Assembly: GCA_965644295.1 (NCBI GenBank) | Contig: CBFFRP010000205.1 | Coordinates: 1-11,771 of the forward strand | Direction: 5' to 3' | Length of the DNA: 11,771 bases | Source of the DNA: Paraphysomonas bandaiensis | Lineage: Eukaryota; Protista; Chrysophyceae | Part shown: positions 1 to 9,700 of the stretch, piece by piece | Numbering within the stretch: the first letter of the stretch is position 1 | Layout of the letters: every line of letters starts with the position of its first letter | Program-made: the position numbers and the translations under genes | The notes under the pieces: generated by a model | Databases searched by the model: none | Seen by the model: the letters and a program-made list of their open reading frames with translations, nothing else | Told to the model about the DNA's origin: nothing

Positions 1-1290
1 TCACTTGTTTTAAGTTAGACCAAAGCTTGGTGCTAGTGATCTTGGGTGCCAGCGGTATACCATTGCGCGGTGACTCTTCGCGGGAGTCACTAACTGAGTT
101 TAGGTCTAAACTTGGAAAAAAGTGTTTTAATAATAATACCGTTATTACTGTGCTTGTTGGTTCAGTGTAGGTGTTGTTGTAGTTTTATTGTTTACGAGCC
201 AACACCCTGGTTATCAAACCGGGTGTTGTTATATTATTGCAGCATACCATAGCTAGCCTTCTTATAAAATAGGTTGTAGTTCTAGTGATACACTATATTT
301 ACCAAAAATACAACACGAGAGTAAGAAATTGCGGTGCCACTGATGGCAGTTAACTAAACATTACATAAACCTCGACCTTAATCTCTGGCCACATTGCTTT
401 TTACTTAGCAATTCATTTACTCACTACTGACTTGACCTACTGCTGAATGAAATAGTCAGTTTAAATTACTTCCTCTATCCCAATGTCGCGTTTGTGCGAT
501 GGCCCATCACTTACCCAGTATGTAGATCCAATCAGTAACGATTGCACAATTTTAACTCTTGTACAGTTTCTGTAGTGCACAGGGCTATCAAAGTTTGACA
601 TTATATGAGAAGTATTAACTTAACAACTGAAAGTAACTTATACTCAATGCTGAGAATTATAAATTATAATCAATATCTCTTATCATTCATCAATTTTATG
701 TTCTCTCTACTACCACTCATTTCTGGTACGACGATCTTACTTTGTCACTACAACTTGCATCGTCACTATATTCCGTTTTACCACTATCCACTATATATAC
801 TTATCGTCATTCATTCTCACAGTACGATTAACAAGACTAACACTGTATACTACAGTAATTTAAATACCTTATAACTACAGCTTTCAATTGCTCTCATATA
901 GAAGAACTCAACAAGGGCAGCCATTCCCATTCGTGGCAGGGCTTATTCCACCAAGTACATTTTGGAATGCTCATACCGAATGTAAATATTAATCCATTGA
1001 CGGGTCACTGCAAAAGCGAGTGAGCATATTGAATGTCTGATTATTTAGAAGCGCAAGCTTGTGCGTTGCCGCGACCAACCTAACAACTCGCACGACACTA
1101 AGCATAACATGACTCTCATCTAGTTACTATTGCATGCACCAACAAGTGCTCAACTATATAACACGATCTAGTTAGCTATTATAAGGGCATAAAACGAGTT
1201 GCGTGTTTAAGCCGGATCATACGCTCCTACCCAATCTACTTGTCCTAACACAAACAACTTGCGGTCGGTGTCTACGGCATATGTCTCCTG

Positions 1291-1410
1291 TATATCATCA
1301 TATATAACATACTATATATATCATATCATATAAAACATATCACATATACCATATCATATATACAATTTATACCATATCATATATACAATATATAACATAT
1401 CATAACATAT
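1291..1410. repeat. Low-complexity degenerate (ATATC/ATATAC)n tract
   Basis: G-free run of TATCA/ATATAC/ATAAC units. Confidence 0.85.
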
Positions 1411-2314
1411 GATTCCTGAATGAGGGCACGCACCCCCTACTATACGTATACTATACGTTAGTTATAACATTATTCAAAAGTTAAAATTCGCAAAACCAAC
1501 ACTCCACTTCTTAGTGACCACAATGCAATCGATTAGGGCTAGATATACGAAGTATTATAATATACTATTATATACAACATATATTATACAGCTGTGTTGT
1601 ATACAATATAAATGACAAAGTTTGCAACGCCCTGGTTCTCGCTATCAATCTGTCCATCAAAGATTGTCTGAGAAAGGCGGGCAACGCGATCGGAACCATG
1701 ATGAATGCTCATGCGATGATGAATCCCGAGAGCCTACCCTGTGAAACGACCGAGGCCTGTCCCTTGAACGATACCTAAAATATCTCTGCAAAGACGGGCT
1801 ACGCAATGCAGTCGAGGAAAGCGTGGAGGAGAACGAGAACGCATTAGTCGCTCTAGCAACAGCAACGCAAGTTTATAGCGATTCCCAATCAAGAGACGAT
1901 TCCCAACAACGTGGATGGTGTGTTTCAACTTGGAGATGCAGTTTCAAGAATTTATGGCCTCAGAAGATGCGTGGTCTCCTGTCTTCCCGACGACATAATA
2001 TACACTGTCAGCTACAAGGATGGTAGTAGAGGACAAAAAACAGCTCGAACATTCAAGCCTCCTGCCCCCAAAAACTAGGCGCCTGGGTGGGATGCTGTAC
2101 CGGAGTTAACATCAACATGAATAGAAATGTTACTGAACACACACCGAGCAAACTAAACCATGTGGTTAGTAAGAATATTCGATGGATTTCTCCGCGAACG
2201 CTTGCCTCCGAATTCAAGCATTATATGCACCACCTGCAATAACGATTACTCCTGTATCATATCTTCGCACACTGCATATATATACAAGGGGTGCGTGCTC
2301 TCATTCAGGAATCA
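1410..2314. repeat. 27-bp inverted repeat pair (1410-1436 and 2288-2314; third copy 2482-2508)
   Basis: TGATTCCTGAATGAGGGCACGCACCCC vs reverse complement of GGGGTGCGTGCTCTCATTCAGGAATCA, 26/27 identical. Confidence 0.9.
1616..2078 (+). pseudogene. Decayed coding fragment ending in a Tudor/SH3-like barrel motif
   Basis: One frame reads ..RDRNHDECSCDDESREPTL*NDRGLSLERYLKYLCKDGLRNAVEESVEENENALVAL.. A shifted frame (1911-2078) reads VDGVFQLGDAVSRIYGLRRCVVSCLPDDIIYTVSYKDGSRGQKTARTF. Confidence 0.3.
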
Positions 2315-2658
2315 AAATATGTGCGCATAAAACGTTTTTAATAACTATGACATTAAACAGTGTGTAAAATACACGGCACTGAGTAGTGCAAAAATAAACA
2401 ACGCTACACAGCTCAGAAATTCTTCATAGTCGATGGGAAAACAACACCCCACCTTGATATATATACTGCATATATATACAAGGGGTGCGTGCTCTCATTC
2501 AGGAATCAAAATATGTGCGCATAAAACGTTTTTAATAACTATGACATTAAACAGTGTGTAAAATACACGGCACTGAGTAGTGCAAAAATAAACAACGCTA
2601 CACAGCTCAGAAATTCTTCATAGTCGATGGGAAAACAACACCCCACCTTGATATATAT
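2271..2658. repeat. Perfect 194-bp tandem duplication (2271-2464 and 2465-2658)
   Basis: Both copies run from ACTGCATATATATACAAGGGG to CACCCCACCTTGATATATAT, with no differences seen. Confidence 0.97.
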
Positions 2659-3182
2659 GATGATGTATGTAACGCCTGGTGCAAGTTGTAGGTGATAAAT
2701 GCTTAGTCGTTAATTGCGTTGGTGGATGAAGGGGGAAAGCAACCACCAGCAATAGACTCAATGCTGCTGTGTGAAACACGAATCAGATTGGCACTTTTAC
2801 GATATCGACCAAACAAAGTAACCAAATATGCATCTGTTGGTATACTGGAATAGTTCTCACGTACATACATATCACAAGCATAGATGCTACACACACAGGC
2901 GGCATACCGAAGAGTGGCAGCAACATAAACTTCGATGCGTCCATAAATATTCACCATACAGCAGTGTGCAATTCGACTCACCAGTTCACGAGTTGGAATC
3001 CAGACAATAGCAGCCCGGACAGTCATCAAGTCTCATTCCTTCACGAGTCTCCTACTGTGCCCCGTCTTTCAATGGTGTTGACATCTTTCGAGTGCAGCTT
3101 GAGTGTGTTCGCAGATATGACTCCGAGGATGATGATGCACACTGCAGAATAAAATCCCAAAATATGACAGATAAAGCGCTGG

Positions 3183-3730
3183 ATTTTGTTTTTGGGATAT
3201 AAAAATCCTTTTATTTTTGTTATTGGGATATAAAAACCTTTGTATTTTTGTTATTGGGATATAAAACCCTTGTATTTTTGTTATTGGGATATAAAATCCC
3301 TTGTATTTTTGTTATTGGGATATAAAACCCTTGTATTTTTGTTTTTGGGATATAAAACCCTTGTATTTTTGTTATTGGGATATAAAACCCTTGTATTTTT
3401 GTTATTGGGATATAAAAACCTTTGTATTTTTGTTATTGGGATATAAAACCCTTGTATTTTTGTTATTGGGATATAAAACCCTTGTATTTTTGTTATTGGG
3501 ATATAAAACCCTTGTATTTTTGTTTTTGGGATATAAAACCCTTGTATTTTTGTTATTGGGATATAAAACCCTTGTATTTTTGTTATTGGGATATAAAACC
3601 CTTGTATTTTTGTTTTTGGGATATAAAAACCCTTGTATTTTTGTTTTTGGGATATAAAACCCTTGTATTTTTGTTATTGGGATATAAAACCCTTGTATTT
3701 TTGTTTTTGGGATATAAAAACCCTTGTATT
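3183..3730. repeat. Minisatellite, 18 copies of a 30-31 bp unit TTGTATTTTTGTT(A/T)TTGGGATATAAAACCC
   Basis: 18 GGGATAT cores in direct tandem with near-identical units and no spacers. Confidence 0.98.
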
Positions 3731-3860
3731 ATACATTGAGAACAGTCAACATGACGATATACTGTATGTGTATGTATATATTGATATGGATGACTTCCAC
3801 AACTGACACAAACACGAAAAATTTGTTTAGACGTAAAAATCGTTATGATGGTTGTTTAAA

Positions 3861-4244
3861 ATGAGAAAACGTCAGAGGATGCGGAAGAAGTTGACAGTAA
3901 TAAGAATCCGCATGACTCTCCGCGAAAGAAACTATTTGAAACGAGCTGCTCTAAAGCAGATAAGAGAAACAGCTTGGCGACATCATGATGACAGAGAATT
4001 CTGAATACGACGTCATTGAAGCGAGAGGCATTTGAGAAATTATTGATTGAATTCAGAAAATTCGACCCTTATAATGCGAATCGGAGTAAAGGTGGCCGGC
4101 TTCCTACTCTCCCATACAGCCATGATAGATTGGGATTAATGCTACTATATTATACGGATTCTATGACTAACAAGTCTTTATGTCTATCATGGCCGTATGA
4201 GAGAGGCCAGTTCTGCTACGTCGTAGCAGGAAAATAACTTCCTT
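3861..4244 (+). pseudogene. N-terminal remnant of a PIF/Harbinger-ISL2EU-like (DDE_Tnp_4-type) transposase
   Basis: MRKRQR..RNYLKRAALKQIRETAWRH../FLNTTSLKREAFEKLL..GGRLPTL..HDRLGLMLLYYTDSMTNKSLCL/SWP..VAGK resembles the HTH region preceding the DDE domain in protist DDE_Tnp_4 proteins (recalled, not searched). There is a frameshift near 4001, an apparent internal deletion, and no catalytic domain. Confidence 0.55.
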
Positions 4245-5310
4245 AATCGGAAGTTTGCCGAATCGACTTCAGTATCCAAACTTGATGGACCTAGTAGAAC
4301 TCAAGTTTGCTTGAGGGCTGGTCAAGAAGTAGGCAGAACTCAGGACTGCTATATGTTTTCGGAAGCCGTAGGTCGTACGACTTCGCAGTTGAATTTTACA
4401 GCTGATGAGTTTGATGTTTTATGTCCTCATTTTGGCCAATCTACACTCATGGAGTTGGAGAGATATGGTTAGAACAAAATATTGCCTTCCTATGATTATT
4501 ATCCCCAATGCTTTCGAAGAGTAATCAGATTTCTGTTCGCACTTATTGTATTTCATCACCACCGAGGTGCGTTGGTAGATTTGTACGACCCCGAGCATCC
4601 AATATTTCGACAACCAATTTTCACAGATTGTACTTTACTTAACTCACTAAAAGAAAAGTAATACTATGCTATGCATACTGTAAAGACACAAACATGAGTG
4701 CGGAGGGAGTACCCGGTATTATTCTTATATATCCAGAGTAATTCGAAACTTCAGAAGTTTGTATGAAGAGAATAGACAATCCTGCATTACACGCATAGGG
4801 GCACTGAAGATGCAATGAATAATAAGTTTGAGAAATTGCCTCAGCAACTCATAGATTGCATTGTGGAACAATTTAAAATTGATGGTGTAGTAAAGGTCAC
4901 GAAGCGTAATATCCTAGATATGATTTCTAAGGCGTTTTGTGATACAACGGGACCTATTGCAGACATGAGGACTACTATACAGAACATGTCTTCAAAGCAG
5001 GATGAGTTCTTTGATCGATTGCGAACTGGAGATGTAACTATTACTGATAGTCAAACAGAAAGGAGAAATGCCTTTTCCTTACTTCGGCCCGATTTTGTTC
5101 CAGGAAGAATTATTTTTCCATCTTATGACGTAAAAACTATGTGGGATCTGTGGTGGTTTGGTGACCCTCTAGTAGAAATATAGGGCCACTAAAAAAGGTA
5201 AGGCCTGTAGATCATTGTTCTAGGAAGACCTGCGGCGCTAATAGCAGTAGAACGAACAGAGTGGTTACCGTACTTGTAACTATTGCTAAAACAGATGGGC
5301 TAATATATAG
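4245..5310 (+). pseudogene. Crypton-type tyrosine recombinase transposon remnant (C-terminal part)
   Basis: Manual translation from 4245 gives NRKFAESTSVSKLDGPSRTQVCLRAGQEVGRTQDCY..VGRTTSQLN..EFDVLCPHF..FRRVIRFLFALIVFHH..PEHPIF. After frameshifts it continues MSAEGVP, ..FKIDGVVKVT..VPGRIIFPSYDVKTMWDLWWFGDP..GPLK. This matches my recalled Crypton motif series HSxRK..GP..CLRAGW..QDRY..VGR..LPPHF..ATGIP..WDLWWFGD. It carries an in-frame TAG and about four frameshifts. Confidence 0.78.
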
Positions 5311-5330
5311 TATACTAAATATAGTAGTAA

Positions 5331-5475
5331 AAGTAAGTTGTTACTAAGTGTGAATAGAAGTAAGTGTTACTATGTATGTGTTACTAGAAGTAAGTGTTAC
5401 TATGTGAATATATCATACTAAGTGTGTTACTAAGTGTCGTAAGGTTACTAAGTGTCGAATGTAAGTGTTACTATT
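5331..5475. repeat. Degenerate AT-rich repeat with 7 GTTACTA motifs
   Basis: GTTACTA at 5340, 5366, 5380, 5396, 5426, 5444 and 5467. TAGAAGTAAGTGTTACTATGT is duplicated at 5355 and 5385. Confidence 0.85.
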
Positions 5476-5547
5476 ATCGAATGTTAGTTAATGTAAAAAA
5501 TGGAACAAACTAAGAAATTACTAAGGAACAGATGGTAAAAAATATTA

Positions 5548-6721
5548 CTAATAAGTAGAAGCAAACGATGCAGGAAGAAGTGTTAAATCAGCCGACGGAA
5601 ATGTATTGGTTTCAGTGATGTGGTTCTGTGAATTATCCAGTTCGACTGTTCGAGCTGCCACATGCTGCTGCTCGTTTAAAATATCCACTCTGTTGCGGCG
5701 AATATTAGTAGCGATTTGAATCATTTCATCCAGTGTATCTGGACAAGTAAGAGCATGCAATGTCTGATATAAGGGATCAGGACTGCTGTCTTCCATGATC
5801 GAATACTCTGCAGGATCGTTAGGCAAGGGAGTAAAACCATCCTCTAGCTCCAGAGGCAAGTAAAAATCCAGGACCGTCAGGCAAGGGACTTTTACTTGCG
5901 CTCTGGAGTATATTCTGGATACGAGTGTATGTATGGGAGTTCTATGAGCTCTACTGGGATGCCCTTCGCGCAAACGAGAACAAAAACGTCGTTTTTTCAT
6001 CGTCTTGTCCAAAAAAAACATACCGCAGAAGCCAATCGGAAATGGAGCTTGCCAATAAAAGAGAGTCCCTCCAACACACTGTGAGGACACGAATCTTTGT
6101 GTGATGATAACTCTGACTTGATTGCAGTGAAATTGTGATTGTATAGTAATAGCAAATGCTATGCGGCTGACTAAAGTGTGACGTCGAACAGAACATTGAG
6201 GTATTGGCAAGCACTGGTATGTGACAGCATTTTGGAACTCCAAGAAGCAGATTAGGGATGGTTTGAGGGAACAAAATATCATCATCCAGCTGAAATCTTT
6301 ATGTCGTGTTGCAGAAACCGCAACTTCAATTTTGAAGTAGCGAATGCCACGTTCTTAGTTAGTAATTTGGAATTCCAATAAGCAATTTGAGAGAGCGAAT
6401 ACACTGTGAATTGTGCTGTTATTAACTGTGAGTTCGTATAGCAAGCCTCAATACTAACTGTCTATGCGGGAGAGCTATTGTAAAGGTGTATGCCTCATTA
6501 TCGACAAAATAAGCGTGACAAGTGGGTTCCCAAAACCTGTAGAAATGCGGAGAGTGTATGTCTCGGTTATTGAAGATGACGCAAGCACTATGCCTATTAG
6601 TATTGGAGGAGAGTAAAGCATTTGAAATGCGCTGTGAAAGTTCAGTCCGAGTACGTCGTTGATTTATGTGCTGATTTACAGCTTGAAACCGTGTTTGAAA
6701 TGGAAAAAGAAGACCATGCAG
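5548..6721 (-). pseudogene. Unidentified, fragmented coding-like region downstream of pol (possible Pol extension or extra 3' ORF)
   Basis: Same-strand overlapping ORFs 6422-6814, 5951-6274 and 5548-6285 (245 aa) tile the region with few stops. No recognisable domain. Confidence 0.35.
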
Positions 6722-9700
6722 GTGCATCGGCAACATTGTTGGCAGAATCAACATACACGAAACGAACGATATTGTTTTGAACGAGTTGTCGAATGAAATG
6801 ATGACGAATTTCAATGTGTTTAGACCGCTTGTGAAACACTGGGTTAACCGATAGATTAATAGCAGATGTGTTGTCGACTTTGATTTCCAGGGTATCGGGC
6901 TGAACGGGTTTTGCAGGTGAGCGCGGGAAAGTCAACTCTGCACAGACTGTGTTATGTGAAATACCTTCCTTGGATGTATCACCCATAGAATAATACTCAG
7001 AATCCATTGTTGACAGGGCTAGAGATTGTTGGAGTTTGGAAAACCATGCAATACAAGCACCAGCTAGGAGAAATGCAGCGCCAGACTGAGAACGTCGAGT
7101 ATCTACATCATAATTTGCCCAATTGGCGTCAGAAAAAGCCTGTAGCGTAGGTGGATTGTTGGATTGGCGCCTATAGGTCAGCTGAAGATCCGCCGAACCT
7201 TTCAAGTATTTCAATATCTGTACCACAGCATTCCAGTGTTCCCTGCCGGGGTTAGACAGAAAACGTGCACAACATCCAACGGCAAAAGCAATATCAGGGC
7301 GAGTGCACACCATAACATACATTAATTTTCCAACCACTGTGCGATAAGGGATATTCCCCATATAGATTTTCTCCTCGTCCGTGCTTGGAGACATCGAGGC
7401 AGATAATTTAACATGGTTGGCCATAGGTACTGGAGATGTTGAGTTGATCGGGTGGATCGGGTCCACATATTCGATTAAGTCGTTGATGTATTGACACTGA
7501 GAGAGTTGGACTGTGTGTCGATCCTTCGATGTGTGAATACGGATCCCAAGAAACCACTCGAGGGGACCTAAATCGTTAGTACGAAATTTTTGGTGTAATA
7601 ACACGCAAAATTTATTCAATAGGCTAATGCTGGATGCAGCAATGGCAATATCATCAACATATACGCATATAATGACGAATCCATCATCAGATTGGTGATA
7701 AAATACACACGTATCTGAGGTACATTGTGTAAATGATATGGATAATAAAAATGCAGTCATCATATTATGAAATAGTCTACTAGCCTGTTTAAGACCATAG
7801 AGAGACTTTAACAGTTTATAACACTTGCCTCGTGGGAGTCTGCTGCCTGGGGGTGCTGACATATAGCAATCATAGTCAATGTCAGACTGTGGAAAAGCCT
7901 TTGGCACATCCAAATGGTGAACATATAGTCCATAATGAGCACATAATGCAAGAACAATACGTAATGTCGAATGTCGAACTACAGGGGAGAATGTCTCATC
8001 ATAATCGACACCATGGATTTGTGTGTAACCCTTGACTACGAGTCTTGCTCGATAACGCACTATGTTGCCATCTTTGTCAGTTTTCTTCTTGAAAACCCAC
8101 TTTGATCGCATTAAGTTTGCATCAGGAGGGATATCCACTACTTTCCATGTTCCCTGCGCCTGGAGTCCAGTTAACTCCTCTTGCATAGCTTCCTCCCATT
8201 TAGCATTGTCTGCACTCCGTTGTGCAGCAGCATAAGATAGAGGAGCATCGAACACAGCAAAAACATTGTAGCTGTCGTCACTACCAGGAGCTGAATGAAC
8301 CATAATCGTGGGCTCGTAAGCTGTAGTCACTAGAGCTAGATGGAACAGAAGTCGCTCGACTGGCTTGCGTGATCGCGTCGATCGGCGCACAATAGGGGTG
8401 TGTGTATCTCTTTCTCGTGGCTGCCGCGAGGTTGTACCCGTCGAGGTGAAGGAGCGACCTTCAGTCTGAGGGACCACATCGGGAGCCGGCTGTGACACGA
8501 TTTCTGATGTAGCGAACCCGTCGGCTGCTTCAACAGATTTCTTGTCAAGCTCAAAAATAGCATCGGGTTTGTGACACTGTACGGAGGGATCATTCCCGTC
8601 GGTATCCTCCTCCTGTACAAGTTCATCATCGGACTCATCGTGAATCCGGTCCCGTGCTTGGAAAGGTGACACTAGTTTAAAGGCATGCTGAATGAATCTG
8701 ACATCCGCAGTCTCGAGGACCATGCCTGTGCTCGGTCTATACACTTTATACGTGGACCGTGAGTATGGGACATATCCCACAAAACGAACAATTTCGCCAG
8801 GGTTACCGCCTTGCGATGACGAGAAATGTAGGTTGTGATAATAACATTCCATGCCATATACATGTAGATTAGCGATAGTCGGGGGTTGACCATGCCATGC
8901 TTCCCATGGTGTCATTCCAAGGGAGCGAGAAAAATTCAATGCATGCAATAATATGACATGTGTCGCGGATAGAGGCCATGTCCGCTTCGGCAAACCAGAA
9001 TATGTTCTGAGGCAGCGCTCCTTCTCTGCAGTGGTTCTGTTTCCACGCTCAATAGTACCAGAGTACCGTTTGTTACCGGCCGGACTGGGCATATGGCGTA
9101 TGTTGTTACGGAGACAGTAATTCTTGAAGTCCTCATTGATAAACTCAGTGCCCGGATCAGAAAGCAGAATAAAATCACGTACACCGTAGGGAAATACTTC
9201 TTCAAGGACAAAGCGATGAAGACCTTCTACCAATGCATCAGATTTCTTCTTTAGAAAGTAGATGAACATCATGGTGGAAAAGTCATCTAAAAACAACATC
9301 CAATAACGCACGCCACCAATACCACGAGTCATAAATGGTCCTTTCAGGTCCACATGAATGATCTGAGCCGGGTATTCCGCACGCATACGTGGGGACTTGG
9401 ACGGTCGAGAGCGTGTTGATTTGGAAATATAATCGACTTCGCAGTGTGGTAATTGATTGATATCAATAGAGCGCCATGAGTATGGAAAGCCAGTGATCTT
9501 GCCATGTCGGAGGGCATCATAAAGAATGGAGTACGCCGGATGGCCTAATTGGAGATGGAGTAATAAGAACGCATGTGCAGCCTTCGAGATGACCGGTGCC
9601 ATTGAACTGCAATTAGGAGGCGTCTTAACGTTACTATATCTGCTGCGGTCGCGACGAACACACTGACGTTTGGACGGAGGGGTGTGAACTGTGCCGTCAG

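Noticed and set aside
44-95. Resemblance to SSU rRNA GTGCCAGC..GCGGT or to a tRNA
   Set aside because: The spacing differs from GTGCCAGCAGCCGCGGTAA, no other rRNA motifs are present, and there is no T-loop or cloverleaf.
605-874. 89-aa ORF
   Set aside because: G-poor, biased composition and no recognisable motif, so it is likely a chance ORF.
1496-1512. PPT-plus-TGTTG-like sites on the minus strand (also 2442-2456) as the missing 3' LTR start
   Set aside because: The following sequence does not match the 5' LTR at 11594-11770.
2703-3152. Overlapping small ORFs on both strands
   Set aside because: No domain recognised in any frame. It may be a decayed fragment, but I cannot support a call.
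3183-3730. CRISPR array
   Set aside because: The units are contiguous with no unique spacers, there are no cas genes, and the context is eukaryotic transposons.
3240-3739. ORFs with YFCYWDIKPL / VFLLLGYKTL repeats
   Set aside because: These are artefacts of a stop-free 30-bp unit. They have TTG starts and the frame switches at 31-bp units.
4419-4613. Minus-strand 64-aa ORF
   Set aside because: It is antisense to the Crypton coding frame.
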